From: a virus | Length of the DNA: 64,000 nucleotides | Direction: 5' to 3' (one strand) | IMG/VR virus record: IMGVR_UViG_3300046167_000876 | Shown here: one piece after another, positions 19,176 through 30,143 of the stretch | Layout: each line of letters starts with the position of its first letter | Numbering within the stretch: position 1 is the first letter of the stretch | The notes under the pieces: generated by a model | What the model saw: the letters and a program-made list of their open reading frames with translations, nothing else | Told to the model about the DNA's origin: nothing | Database searches by the model: none | Program-made: the position numbers and the translations under genes

Positions 19176-20831
19176 ATGAGCTTAAATACTCTTTTAGAAA
19201 GCGCGAACCCATATCACTCAATGCAGAGTGACGCTGCTAAATTAGCAAACAAATGGGAAAAAACAGGTCTTTTAGAAGGTTTACAGGGTGCTAATAAAAG
19301 CAACATGGGAATTATTCTAGAAAACCAAGCAAAACAACTTGTAGTAGAGGAATCTAATACTGGTGGTGGTGCTGGATCAGGTACTTTTACAGCAGGAACA
19401 GGTGCTCAATGGGCAGGTGTTGCTTTACCATTAGTAAGAAAAGTATTTGGACAGATTGCAGCGAAAGAATTCGTTAGCGTTCAACCAATGAACTTACCTT
19501 CTGGTCTTGTATTTTATCTAGATTTCCAATATGGAACTGATAAATCACCTTTTGCAAATGGACAATCTCTATATGGAAATGCTGGGACTAACCCATCAAC
19601 TGCTCCATTTGGAAACACTAATGCAGGTGGTCTTTACGGTGCAGGGAGATATGGTTACTCAATTAACCTAACTTCTTCTGTATTAGCAAATGCTGCTATT
19701 AGTTCAGGATCTGCATCTAACACAGATGTATATTTTGATTCTGATTTCACAGGATCTGTAGCTGCAGGACCTCAAGATATTGCTGGTGTAGCAAAAGTAA
19801 CTGTACTAACTTCTTCTATCGATGCTAACTTCGATCAAGAAGCACTAAAAAGTTTCTACCTAATTGGTGCAAACGCTCCAGCTATCTCTGCTCAGTACCC
19901 ACAATTTACTAAATTTAATGCTGATAGAGATGCAATCGAATTTATTGTACCAGCATTTAGTATTGTACCAGGAACTGATTCTGCTTTATCTTATTCATTA
20001 GCTCCACTGGACAATGAAAGAGGTGATTTCGAAGATGGAAATAACAACTTGAATGGTCAAAATACTCCAATCAAAATTCCAGAAATCAACGTACAGATGC
20101 AATCATCTGCTATTGTTGCTAAAACTAGAAAATTGAAAGCTGTTTGGACTCCTGAGTTCGCTCAAGATCTTAACGCTTACCACGCACTAGATGCTGAAGC
20201 TGAATTAACTTCTATCCTAAGTGAATATATTTCATTAGAAATTGACTTAGAAATTTTAGATATGTTAGTTGAGTCTGCTGCTGCTGGAACAGAAGTATGG
20301 TCTGCAGTTAACAACCAATCTATTACAGGAACAGGTAATGGAACATTCACAGATCTAGGATTCTATAATTCACAAGGACAATGGTTCCAAACATTAGGAA
20401 CTAAAATCCAAAAACTAAGTAACATCATTCACCAGAAAACTCTACGTGGTGGTGCTAACTTTATGGTAATTTCTCCAACAATCGGTACAATCCTAGAATC
20501 AATTCCTGGATATGCTGCTGATGCTGATGGTGATGTATCTAAAGCTACTTATGCATTTGGTGTACAAAAAGTTGGATCATTTAACGGAAGATATAAAGTA
20601 TACAAAAACCCTTATATGACTGAAAACCAAATCCTATTAGGATTTAGAGGTGCTCAGTTCCTAGAAACGGGTGCTGTATTTGCTCCATACATTCCATTAA
20701 TTATGACTCCTCTAGTATACGATCCAGAAACCTTTACTCCAAGAAAAGGATTGATGACTCGTTATGCTAAGAAAATGGTACGTCCTGAATTCTATGGTAA
20801 AATTTCAGTAAGTGGTTTGGATACTCTATAG
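19176..20831 (+). CDS. Major capsid protein (T4 gp23-like)
   Basis: VSVQPMNLPSGLVF, AKTRKLKAVWTPEFAQDL, FAPYIPL, GLMTRY. Confidence 0.97.
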   Translation: MSLNTLLESANPYHSMQSDAAKLANKWEKTGLLEGLQGANKSNMGIILENQAKQLVVEESNTGGGAGSGTFTAGTGAQWAGVALPLVRKVFGQIAAKEFVSVQPMNLPSGLVFYLDFQYGTDKSPFANGQSLYGNAGTNPSTAPFGNTNAGGLYGAGRYGYSINLTSSVLANAAISSGSASNTDVYFDSDFTGSVAAGPQDIAGVAKVTVLTSSIDANFDQEALKSFYLIGANAPAISAQYPQFTKFNADRDAIEFIVPAFSIVPGTDSALSYSLAPLDNERGDFEDGNNNLNGQNTPIKIPEINVQMQSSAIVAKTRKLKAVWTPEFAQDLNAYHALDAEAELTSILSEYISLEIDLEILDMLVESAAAGTEVWSAVNNQSITGTGNGTFTDLGFYNSQGQWFQTLGTKIQKLSNIIHQKTLRGGANFMVISPTIGTILESIPGYAADADGDVSKATYAFGVQKVGSFNGRYKVYKNPYMTENQILLGFRGAQFLETGAVFAPYIPLIMTPLVYDPETFTPRKGLMTRYAKKMVRPEFYGKISVSGLDTL

Positions 20832-20860
20832 TATTTAGATTAACTGAAATTTATAAAATT

Positions 20861-20888
20861 AACCCGGTCTTTGACCGGGTTTTTTTTT
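20861..20888 (+). terminator. Intrinsic terminator after MCP
   Basis: AACCCGGTC-TTT-GACCGGGTT followed by a poly-T run. Confidence 0.9.
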
Positions 20889-21028
20889 ATTTTTCATATG
20901 TATAATAAAATGCGTTATACTAAAACTATATTTATCTCACTATATAGCTATATCAATTATTTACTGTTTTTTAACGTATTTTCATCGGTTATATTCATCG
21001 ATAACATAACCCTTAATTTCAAGAATTT

Positions 21029-21766
21029 ATGGCAAGTAAACACCATACGGACGATGTATATCGTCCTAAGAGAATTCCTAAAAACCCAATTAAGTTCAAA
21101 CTCCAACTTAATGCCGAACAAAAAGAAGCTAAACAATCAATACTTGATAATACAATCACCCTTTTAGGTGGAAGTGCAGGTAGTGGAAAAACATTGTTAG
21201 CATGTAATGTTGCACTAGATGGTCTTTTAAGAAGACAATATGATAAAATAATCATAACCAGACCTACAGTATCAAAAGAAGAAATAGGATTTTTACCTGG
21301 TGATTTAAGAGAAAAAATGGATCCTTGGGTTCAACCTATTTACCAAAATTTCTTTCAATTATATGATAAAGTTAAAGTAGAAAAACTAATCGAAGATGGT
21401 AAAATAGAAATTGTACCCGTATCGTTTATGCGGGGTAGAACATTTTTAGATTCAATGATAATTGTAGATGAAGCACAAAATGTTACTCATGAACAAATGG
21501 AAATGATTACTTCACGTTTAGGTTTAAGAAGTAAAATGATGATATGTGGTGACCAACATCAAACAGATCTAAAGAAAAAATCAGATTCAGGATTTAAATT
21601 TCTATATTCCGCAGCTAGAAAAATTAAAAATTTAGAAGCTATTACATTAACAACTAACCATAGAAATGAAATTGTTGAAGATTTATTAGATTATTATAAT
21701 GAAGCTATAGATAAAGGAGCAAGTATTACTATTTCTGGTTCATATATTTATAATAATAAAAATTAA
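21029..21766 (+). CDS. phoH: PhoH-family ATPase
   Basis: GSAGSGKT, GFLPGDLREK, FMRGRTF, IVDEAQN, GDQHQTD. Confidence 0.95.
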   Translation: MASKHHTDDVYRPKRIPKNPIKFKLQLNAEQKEAKQSILDNTITLLGGSAGSGKTLLACNVALDGLLRRQYDKIIITRPTVSKEEIGFLPGDLREKMDPWVQPIYQNFFQLYDKVKVEKLIEDGKIEIVPVSFMRGRTFLDSMIIVDEAQNVTHEQMEMITSRLGLRSKMMICGDQHQTDLKKKSDSGFKFLYSAARKIKNLEAITLTTNHRNEIVEDLLDYYNEAIDKGASITISGSYIYNNKN

Positions 21767-21792
21767 TAACATATTTATAATAAAATTATAAA

Positions 21793-22335
21793 ATGGCAAA
21801 ATGTGTAACTAGTGGATCTCTAAAAGTCCTTATACAAGAAAGTATAACTTTACCTAATAAAAACGAAGAAGTTTGTATTAATGAAGTTACAATACCTGGC
21901 ATAAACCAAACTGTAAGAAGAGTAGATACAATTTCAACTACATTTAGTAGCAGTGGAATTGAAATCTTAAGGTTTGTAGATTCCGAAGAACAACAAACAG
22001 CAGGATCTTTTGTAAGAGATACAGTTAAATATATGAGGTTTACTAATTTATGTACAAAACATTATTGTTCCCTTTATTTGATACAAGATAGTCCGGATGC
22101 TCAAAACCCAAATACAACTGATTTTGGTTCGGGTGATGATGGTTTATTTAAACTAGACCCAGGTAAATCAATGGTGTTTTCTAATGGGCAATTTGATAGT
22201 AATAATTACTATGATTATGTTGTAGAAGGATATGTTGATGAGCAATACATTGGTGGTTTTGCTTCGTTATCTTTAATAAAAGCAAAAGCAGATACTGAAG
22301 ATGTTCAAATAGAATATTTTGTAGCTTCTTCTTAA
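21793..22335 (+). CDS. Putative virion structural protein
   Basis: Late promoter at 21771; beta-rich composition. Confidence 0.55.
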   Translation: MAKCVTSGSLKVLIQESITLPNKNEEVCINEVTIPGINQTVRRVDTISTTFSSSGIEILRFVDSEEQQTAGSFVRDTVKYMRFTNLCTKHYCSLYLIQDSPDAQNPNTTDFGSGDDGLFKLDPGKSMVFSNGQFDSNNYYDYVVEGYVDEQYIGGFASLSLIKAKADTEDVQIEYFVASS

Positions 22336-22366
22336 TATTTATAATAAAATTAAATTAAAATAAAAA

Positions 22367-22756
22367 ATGGCATTAACTTATAGATCAGTAAAAGGTTCAG
22401 CATTAACAATAACTGAATTAGATGATAATTTTAGACACTTTACTTCCTCCCATGCTATAACAGCATCTGCAGGACCTGTTATAATTTCAGGTTCCGATGG
22501 TAGTAACCCAGCTTTAGAAGTAACAGGTTCAGTTGCGCTTAAAGATAATTTAACAGTTGATGGGACATTAACTGGAGTAAATGTAAATCTTACAGGTTCA
22601 TTTTCAGGATCATTAGATAGTACAGGTCTTGTATCAGGTTCATTTTCTGGTTCAATAGATGGAGCTCAAATATTTGTAGGTAATTTACCAACGGCAGATC
22701 CAGGTGTTGCTGGTCAACTTTATAATGATAGTGGAACAATAAAAATATCTTTATAA
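22367..22756 (+). CDS. Short fibre/decoration-like virion protein, SGS/TGS-rich
   Basis: KGSALTITELDDNF N-terminus and LPTADPGVAGQLYND C-terminus, typical of phage fibre proteins. Confidence 0.55.
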   Translation: MALTYRSVKGSALTITELDDNFRHFTSSHAITASAGPVIISGSDGSNPALEVTGSVALKDNLTVDGTLTGVNVNLTGSFSGSLDSTGLVSGSFSGSIDGAQIFVGNLPTADPGVAGQLYNDSGTIKISL

Positions 22757-22783
22757 ATTTATTAATTTTTAAAATAAAAAATT

Positions 22784-22809
22784 AGACCTCAATTTGAGGT
22801 CTTTTTTTT
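22784..22809 (+). terminator. Intrinsic terminator
   Basis: AGACCTCA-AT-TTGAGGTCT-type stem followed by poly-T. Confidence 0.8.
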
Positions 22810-22833
22810 CATATTTATAACAAAATATAAATT

Positions 22834-23985
22834 ATGAATGTACCTATTTGGCCTGGTTCAAGTTCATTCGCACCCGGAGAAACACCTTTTGGCTTTTATG
22901 ATAACGATCCTGAATTTAGAAGGGACGCAGATAAAGTAGCTGTTTTTTGTGCTAATAGAATGGGTTACCCTTTAGTTGATATTGAATTACAATCTGGATC
23001 TTTCTATACAGCATTTGAAGAAGCGGTAACTATTTATGGAAATGAAATATGGGCTTATATTGTTAGAGATAATTTTCTGGATTTAGAAGGACTTTCTATA
23101 TTTGAAGAGTTAAATGAAACTATTATTACTCCTAGTATGAAAACTATAGTTAGATTAACTCAACAATATGCAGATGAAGCAGGGGTAGGAGGAACAATTC
23201 CTTGGTATTCTGGTTCTTTTGATTTAGTTAAAGGACAACAAAATTATAGTTTTGAAACCTTTATGACAGCAAGTGGATTTACAGGATCTGCATATTCAGA
23301 AGGTATTGAGATAAAAAGAGTGTTCTACCAAGAACCAGTTCCTGCATCAGCTCAATATTTAGATCCATATACAGGTTGGGGTTTTGGTGGATCCATAGCT
23401 GCAGGATTAGTAGGAGTAGGTGGATTTGGAGGTGATATGGGTTATTTGATGATGCCCTTAAGTTATGATATGCAAGTTATTCAAGCCATTGAAATGAATG
23501 AAATGGTCAGATGGTCAAATTATAGTTTTGAAATGCATGGTAATGATCTTAAAGTATTTCCTGTTCCAGAACAAAACGGTAAAATATGGTTCCAATATAT
23601 TTTTGAAAAAGATAGAGGAGGAGTAAAATGTGCTGCTGATCAAGTTAATAATGTTGGTAATGCTAATTTTAAAAACCCTAAATACTCATTAATAAATTCA
23701 ATTGGTAGACAGTGGATATTTGAAATGACATTAGCTATTGCTAAAGAAATGTTAGGGTATGTTAGAGGTAAATATTCTAGTATCCCAATCCCAAATGCGG
23801 AAGTTAATTTAAATCAAGGAGATTTATTGTCAGCCGCAACAGCAGAAAAAACAGCATTATTGGAAAGACTAAGAGCATATTTAGACGAAACTTCTAGAGC
23901 AGCTTTATTAAATAGAAAAGCACAAGAAGCAGAATCTAAAATGGTAGAATTACAACAAGTCCCTTGGACTATTTATGTAGGATAA
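22834..23985 (+). CDS. Neck protein (gp13-like)
   Basis: MGYPLVDIEL, AKEMLGYVRGKY, LNQGDL; genomic position. Confidence 0.75.
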   Translation: MNVPIWPGSSSFAPGETPFGFYDNDPEFRRDADKVAVFCANRMGYPLVDIELQSGSFYTAFEEAVTIYGNEIWAYIVRDNFLDLEGLSIFEELNETIITPSMKTIVRLTQQYADEAGVGGTIPWYSGSFDLVKGQQNYSFETFMTASGFTGSAYSEGIEIKRVFYQEPVPASAQYLDPYTGWGFGGSIAAGLVGVGGFGGDMGYLMMPLSYDMQVIQAIEMNEMVRWSNYSFEMHGNDLKVFPVPEQNGKIWFQYIFEKDRGGVKCAADQVNNVGNANFKNPKYSLINSIGRQWIFEMTLAIAKEMLGYVRGKYSSIPIPNAEVNLNQGDLLSAATAEKTALLERLRAYLDETSRAALLNRKAQEAESKMVELQQVPWTIYVG

Positions 23986-23986
23986 T

Positions 23987-24502
23987 ATGGCAATGTTTAC
24001 AGGACAGAGAGATGTCTCTCTGGTAAGAAAATTAAATAGAGAATTGATGGGTAATATTATTACCCAACAATGTGCTTTATACCAATTTAAATTAGAAGAA
24101 ACTAAAGTTAATATATATGGTGAAGCTGCTGGTGCTAAATTTTATAATGGTCCTTTCTTATTTAATGTATTAATAAATAGATCAAATGAGGTGTTTGGTG
24201 AAGACGAAGAAGGAATTCAGTTTAATCAACCAATTGATTTTTATTTCTTTAGAGACGATTTAGTAGATGCCGATGTGGTACCTGAAGTTGGTGATATAAT
24301 TTTATATCAAGAAGGATATTATGGAGTACAAAGTACAGTAGCAAACCAATATTTTGGAGGCAAAAATCCAGATTATCCAAATAATATAAACCCATTAAAT
24401 CCTGGGTTAGAATATTTTGGAAATAATTTATCAATATTAGTATCAACCTATTATATACCAGCAGATAAAGTAGCAATTTCTCCATATCAAGAAAGAATGT
24501 AA
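23987..24502 (+). CDS. Neck/head-closure protein (gp14-like)
   Basis: NIYGEA, PEVGDII; genomic position. Confidence 0.65.
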   Translation: MAMFTGQRDVSLVRKLNRELMGNIITQQCALYQFKLEETKVNIYGEAAGAKFYNGPFLFNVLINRSNEVFGEDEEGIQFNQPIDFYFFRDDLVDADVVPEVGDIILYQEGYYGVQSTVANQYFGGKNPDYPNNINPLNPGLEYFGNNLSILVSTYYIPADKVAISPYQERM

Positions 24503-25425
24503 TGAGTAAAATTAGAAAACCTATACCTAAAACACAAAGACAAATAAGTATTGAACAACAAAAAGCTTTTGATACTGAAAGGGGTAATCCTAATGCTCGT
24601 ATTAACCCAAATGAATCTGAAACCGGAATAGATTTTAATAGATCAACTAAATTAAGTTTTAAAAATGATGATACAAAACCCTTCTCTATTGGCCTTCAAG
24701 ATTTAGATGAAGCGGTATTTTATTATTTTAAAGAAGTTATTAAACCTTTTGTATATCAAAATGGTGGAAGAAGAAATGTACCTATAATTTATGGATCTCC
24801 TGAAAGATGGAAATCATTTCAAAGAGATGGTTATTATAGAGATAAAAAAGGTGCTATAATGTTACCTATTATTGTTGTAAAAAGAGATTCAATAGCAAAA
24901 GATAGATCAGTTTATAATAAATTAGATGCTAATGGTGTAAATTTATATAGTTCATTCCAAAAAAGATATAGTCCTGATAATTTTTATAATAATTTTTCAG
25001 TATTAAATAATAAAAAACCAATAAAAGAACATTATGCAGTTGCTGTTCCTGATTTTGTTACATTAGAATATAGTTGTATTATTCAAACATACTATATGGA
25101 ACAGTTAAATAAAATTATTGAAGCATGTGAATATGCCTCTGATGCCTATTGGGGTAATCCAGAAAGATTTAAATTTAGAGCATTTATAGACCAATTTACA
25201 ACTGCTACAGAATTGACTCAAGGTAAAGATAGATTAGTAAAAGGTACATTTAATATACAATTAAGAGGTTATATTATACCTGATACTATCCAAAAAGAAA
25301 TGCACTCAATTAATAAATGGAATAGTAAATCTAAAGTTACAATTAATTTTGAAACTATTAGTAATGTAGATACATTTGAGCAGGGAATAAAAACTTTTCC
25401 TGGTGGACAGACTAGGGAAGAATAG
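24502..25425 (+). CDS. Tail terminator / sheath stabiliser (gp15-like)
   Basis: VPIIYGSPERW, LPII; genomic position. Confidence 0.65.
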   Translation: MSKIRKPIPKTQRQISIEQQKAFDTERGNPNARINPNESETGIDFNRSTKLSFKNDDTKPFSIGLQDLDEAVFYYFKEVIKPFVYQNGGRRNVPIIYGSPERWKSFQRDGYYRDKKGAIMLPIIVVKRDSIAKDRSVYNKLDANGVNLYSSFQKRYSPDNFYNNFSVLNNKKPIKEHYAVAVPDFVTLEYSCIIQTYYMEQLNKIIEACEYASDAYWGNPERFKFRAFIDQFTTATELTQGKDRLVKGTFNIQLRGYIIPDTIQKEMHSINKWNSKSKVTINFETISNVDTFEQGIKTFPGGQTREE

Positions 25426-25455
25426 TGTGGAATTTGCTAAATAGTTACGTATATT
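25426..25455 (+). promoter_or_regulatory. Class E promoter of the glycosyltransferase
   Basis: TGTG-N20-TATATT. Confidence 0.6.
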
Positions 25456-25493
25456 AAGGTTACTAAAAATTAACCATAGTTATAAAGTATTAA

Positions 25494-28400
25494 ATGAATA
25501 AAATACCTAAAATATTTGCTCATGGTAGTTATATAGGAACTACAGGTTATGCAAATCATACTAGATTTTTTTATAGAGAATTATCTAAATTACACCCATT
25601 AAAAGTTAGAAATTATACAGTAGGGAAATCTTGGGATGGTCATAGTGAAGAACCACATAATAATGAAAAATATTTAGATTCTTTAGATAAACAACTTTTA
25701 TGTGAACAATCATTATGGGATGAAAATAGAATTTTAAACCATCATTCTATGTATTCATCATATGGTCAAAATTTTGATCATAATGTGAATATTGTTTTAA
25801 ATGAAACTGCTCATCATTTTTATTACCAAAACTATGATGGTCCTAAAATAGCTTATAATGTATGGGAATCAACTCGCCAACCAGATGATTTTTTTAATAA
25901 ACTAAAAGAATATGATCAAGTATGGGTTGCTTCTAACTGGCAAAGAGATTGCACTATAGAACAAGGAATGGACCCTAAAAAGGTTAAAGTTATACCTGAA
26001 GCAGTTGATGGGAAAATATTCTACCCAGATGCAAATGTAACACTTCCAGAATATAAAGATGATAGGTTTAAATTTGTTATGTTTGGTAGATGGGATTATA
26101 GAAAAGCAACCAAAGAAATTATTGAATCTTTTTTAGAGGAATTTAATGAAAATGAACCTGTAGATTTAGTTTTATCTATAGATAACCCATTTGCTAAAGA
26201 TGGATTTGATACAACGGAAAATAGACTTAAAAACTATAATTTAGAAGATCCAAGACTAAAAATTAAACATTTTCCTACTAGAGAAGAATATATAAAATAT
26301 CTCCAAAAGGGTCATGTATTTTTATCTTGTGCCCGAGCTGAAGGATGGAATTTACCTTTAATTGAAGCTATGGCTTGTGGTACTCCTTCTATTTATTCAA
26401 ATTGTAGTGCACAATTAGAATTTGCAAAGGGAATGGGTTTACCTGTTTCTATAAAATCTATGTCTGATGCTAAAAGAGGAGAATATAGTAGTTTTTCTCA
26501 ATCTTTTTTAGCAGGTGAATTTTATGAACCTGATTTTAATCATTTAAAACAACAAATGAGAGATGCTTATGTTAATTATAAAAAACATAAAGAAATAGCT
26601 TTAAAAGAATCTAAAATTATTAGAGAAAAATTTACTTGGGAAAATGCAGCAAAAATAGCGAGTAAAGAGATATCTGATTTTTTAATTAATATACCTAAAA
26701 ATAAAATAGAAATTAGTTTTGATTTAGGCCCTAAAGTAGAAATTAAGGGACATAATAAACAAAAATATTTTGTTGAATTTATAGATAGTTCTAATAATAA
26801 AGTTATACATTCTTCTACTATTACTAATAATATGTGGACTAAATGTAGTAAATCTTATTATATACCTTGGATTATAAAAATAGATGGGGAAGTTGTACAT
26901 AAGTTTAATTTAAAAGATAAAACAGTTAAAATTAATTTTGAATCTAAGGCATTAGGAGATACATTAGCATGGACCCCACAAGTACTTGAATTTTATAAAA
27001 AACATAAATGTAAAGTAATAGTTAGTACATTCCATAATGAATGGTTTAAAAATCTCCCAGAATATAAAGATATTAAATTTATAAAACCTGGAGATCCATA
27101 TAATGCCTATGCAGTATATCAAATAGGATGGTTTAAAAGTAGTGAGGGTGATTGGAAAAACTTTGATCATCATAAAACACAAGTAAATACTATTCCTCTT
27201 ATCCAAGCAGCTACAGATATTTTAGGTTTGCCTTATAAAGAGGTACATTATGGTATAGATTTTACTCCAAAAAAAAGACCTATTAAAGGTAAATACATTT
27301 GTATTGCCCCTAGAGCAACATCAGGGTTAAAAGAATGGCCTCATGAAAATTTTAGATTATTAGCTAAAAAATTACAAAGTAAAGGATATAAAGTAGTTAA
27401 TATATCAAAAGAAGGTTTTAAAGGAACAAATATAATAGATAAAAAGAATTTAAAATGGGAAGATACATTAAATCATTTATACCATGCTGATTTGTTTATA
27501 GGATTAGGTTCTGGTTTATCTTGGCTTAATTGGGTACTAGATAAACATACAGTTATGATTAATAATTTTATTCCTCATGGGTTTGAATTTACTCATAATT
27601 TAACTAAGATAGAAAATAACTCTGTATGTAATAATTGTTGGGTTAGTCCTAAGCATGTATTTGACCCAGGTAATTGGGATTGGTGTCCTGAAAATGAGGG
27701 AACCCAAAACCAACATATATGTCAAAAATCAATAACTACAGATGTAGTATATAATAAAGTATTAAAAATATTAGAACCAAAAAAAAACTTTAAATTTACA
27801 TGGATAACAGGAGGTAATGAAAGTTATTTACCTATGATAGAAGTATTAGCTAAAAGTTTATTAAAATATTCTGAATATAAACTTATAGTATATAGTTTTA
27901 ATTGTGATTCTACAATTGATTTACCTAATGTAATAAATAAAAGAATTAATTACAAACCAAAACCAACTATAAATTCTACCCATGAACCAGATTTATTTAG
28001 TAAAGATTATTCTATATATTTTGCTAAATATCTAGCAAGTTTAGATTCATTAGAAGAAAACTATGATAATTTTGCATGGATAGATGGTGATGCATTTGTA
28101 ACTGAACATATAGATACTTCACTACAATACTTATCTAATTTAAAAGATTATCCTTTATTTATGAAATATTTTCATGAAGATATCAATCAATGGAGATATC
28201 ATAAGGGTATAAAATTAGAAGGAAACTATGGTAATGAATTAGCTTCAATAAAAAATTTAAAACGAAACCCAAATAATAAATTAATAGCAACAGGGTTTTA
28301 TTTTTATAATAAAGAATGTAAATTATTTTTTGAAAAATGTTTAGAATGGAATAAAGAATTAAACCAATACTCAATTAAAATTTATACCGATGATAATGCA

Positions 28401-29225
28401 TTTTCAGAAGAAAGAGTAGCTAATAATATCTTATGGGAAGAAAATAAAACATTAGATTTACCTATTACATGGAATAATTATTATAGTTCACAGGATGAAA
28501 TTTTAGTTAACCCCTATTTTTTAAAACAAGGATTTGATGTAATGTATGATAAATTTTCTCTTCAACCCTATTTTATTCATGGACCAGACCCTTCAGTTGC
28601 ACCTAAAAATGCTAATACCTTAAATAAGGCATTCCATGATTATCAACTTAAAAAGTTAATGATTGTTGCACACCCCGATGATGAATTAATATTTGGAGGA
28701 GCAGAATTAATACAACATGGCCCAGAGTATAAAGTAGTTTGTATTACAAATAAAAGTAATAAAATTAGGAATCAAGAATTTAAAAATGTAATGGAATCAC
28801 TTAATGTAGGTTCTTATGAAATGTGGGATTTTAAAGATTCACTTTATGATGAAACCGAAATTTATGATTTAAATCTTTTTAAAAACTTATTATCTAAAAA
28901 TTGGGAAAAAATTGTAACTCATAATCCTATAGGAGAATATGGTCATCCCAAACATAAAAGATTATTTGAAACTATTAAAAAACTAACTAATAAATTTTAT
29001 GTTTTTAGTAAAAATTCTACAAAATTATCTAAAAATATTTTAGATAAAAAATTAGAATTATTAAAATTATATAAATCAGAACAACCTGTTATTAATCAAA
29101 TATTAACTAAAAATGGTGATTGGTTTAAAAGCAATTCTGATACTAATTATATAGAATATGAATCTATTACTAAGTATAACGAAAGTAAAGATATAACCCC
29201 TTATATAGCATGTTATGAAAAATAA
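25494..29225 (+). CDS. Four-domain glycan-modifying protein: GT4 + Aah/TibC-like heptosyltransferase + GT-A (DxD) + PIG-L-like deacetylase
   Basis: EGWNLPLIEAMACG (GT4); ALGDTLAW, FIGLGSGLSWL, CNNCW..WCP..IC (TibC/Aah); WIDGD (GT-A); VAHPDDE..THNPIGEYGHPKH (PIG-L). Confidence 0.8.
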   Translation: MNKIPKIFAHGSYIGTTGYANHTRFFYRELSKLHPLKVRNYTVGKSWDGHSEEPHNNEKYLDSLDKQLLCEQSLWDENRILNHHSMYSSYGQNFDHNVNIVLNETAHHFYYQNYDGPKIAYNVWESTRQPDDFFNKLKEYDQVWVASNWQRDCTIEQGMDPKKVKVIPEAVDGKIFYPDANVTLPEYKDDRFKFVMFGRWDYRKATKEIIESFLEEFNENEPVDLVLSIDNPFAKDGFDTTENRLKNYNLEDPRLKIKHFPTREEYIKYLQKGHVFLSCARAEGWNLPLIEAMACGTPSIYSNCSAQLEFAKGMGLPVSIKSMSDAKRGEYSSFSQSFLAGEFYEPDFNHLKQQMRDAYVNYKKHKEIALKESKIIREKFTWENAAKIASKEISDFLINIPKNKIEISFDLGPKVEIKGHNKQKYFVEFIDSSNNKVIHSSTITNNMWTKCSKSYYIPWIIKIDGEVVHKFNLKDKTVKINFESKALGDTLAWTPQVLEFYKKHKCKVIVSTFHNEWFKNLPEYKDIKFIKPGDPYNAYAVYQIGWFKSSEGDWKNFDHHKTQVNTIPLIQAATDILGLPYKEVHYGIDFTPKKRPIKGKYICIAPRATSGLKEWPHENFRLLAKKLQSKGYKVVNISKEGFKGTNIIDKKNLKWEDTLNHLYHADLFIGLGSGLSWLNWVLDKHTVMINNFIPHGFEFTHNLTKIENNSVCNNCWVSPKHVFDPGNWDWCPENEGTQNQHICQKSITTDVVYNKVLKILEPKKNFKFTWITGGNESYLPMIEVLAKSLLKYSEYKLIVYSFNCDSTIDLPNVINKRINYKPKPTINSTHEPDLFSKDYSIYFAKYLASLDSLEENYDNFAWIDGDAFVTEHIDTSLQYLSNLKDYPLFMKYFHEDINQWRYHKGIKLEGNYGNELASIKNLKRNPNNKLIATGFYFYNKECKLFFEKCLEWNKELNQYSIKIYTDDNAFSEERVANNILWEENKTLDLPITWNNYYSSQDEILVNPYFLKQGFDVMYDKFSLQPYFIHGPDPSVAPKNANTLNKAFHDYQLKKLMIVAHPDDELIFGGAELIQHGPEYKVVCITNKSNKIRNQEFKNVMESLNVGSYEMWDFKDSLYDETEIYDLNLFKNLLSKNWEKIVTHNPIGEYGHPKHKRLFETIKKLTNKFYVFSKNSTKLSKNILDKKLELLKLYKSEQPVINQILTKNGDWFKSNSDTNYIEYESITKYNESKDITPYIACYEK

Positions 29226-30123
29226 AAATTTAGTTATCATTGTATGTTATTGTGATACAGAACAAAAAATAAAATTGTTACATAATATGATTAATCAAAT
29301 AAAAAATAAATTTGATATATTAATAGCATCTCACTCCCCTTTACCTATTTCAATTCAAAATGATATAGATTATTTAGTATATGATAAAAGTAATCCTATT
29401 TTAAAATACCCTGAAAGGGGAATGGAATTTTGGAGAATTATTCAAAATCAAAAAATATCACATATAATGAATGATTATGGGTGGACTGTTTTTAATTTGA
29501 AAAAAAACGCAATTACATTTTGCCAAAATTTAGATTATTCTCATTATTCTTTTATAAATTACGATATAGAAATAACAGAAGAAGTATTAAATATACTTAA
29601 TAATCCTAAAGATTTTATATGTAGCGATTTTAAAGACCCAACTACCAATGTTTCTCTATTTCCAAGTTTATTATTTAACATTTTAAGTAAAGAAAATGCT
29701 AATAAAATTAATACTTTAATATCTAAACAAGAATACACCAGCTCAGACCCAATAACAAAACAATCTTTATATTTAGATGCAGAAGCATATTGGGGACATT
29801 TAATTTCTAATTTTGATTATACTAAAGTAGAAACAAAAATAGTAGGATTGTTAGAAACAGGAAACCCAGATGTATTAAATTATAATAAAAGTAATAATCA
29901 ATATAAATTATTTTTTTCTAAAAATGAAGTTATAGTATATGATAATTTTGAAGAAAAATTAGTAAAAATAAATATAAATGGAGAAGTAATTAGTTTAAAT
30001 AATAAACAATCTATTATATACTTTTCTGAAATAAAGAGTTTAGGGTATTATCATAATAATAAATTAATAGATCTTACCTCTAAAGTAAAAAGTGATATTT
30101 ATAATAGAATAGAAAAACATTAA
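29215..30123 (+). CDS. Hypothetical protein (possible glycosyltransferase-related)
   Basis: Overlaps the GT stop; ASHSP, YDKSNP and FINYD motifs. Confidence 0.5.
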   Translation: MKNKNLVIIVCYCDTEQKIKLLHNMINQIKNKFDILIASHSPLPISIQNDIDYLVYDKSNPILKYPERGMEFWRIIQNQKISHIMNDYGWTVFNLKKNAITFCQNLDYSHYSFINYDIEITEEVLNILNNPKDFICSDFKDPTTNVSLFPSLLFNILSKENANKINTLISKQEYTSSDPITKQSLYLDAEAYWGHLISNFDYTKVETKIVGLLETGNPDVLNYNKSNNQYKLFFSKNEVIVYDNFEEKLVKININGEVISLNNKQSIIYFSEIKSLGYYHNNKLIDLTSKVKSDIYNRIEKH

Positions 30124-30143
30124 TATTTATAAACAAAAATAAA

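Noticed and set aside
20871-21167. 98-aa ORF overlapping the terminator and phoH start
   Set aside because: It starts inside a terminator and overlaps phoH out of frame. A short leader peptide cannot be excluded but is unsupported.
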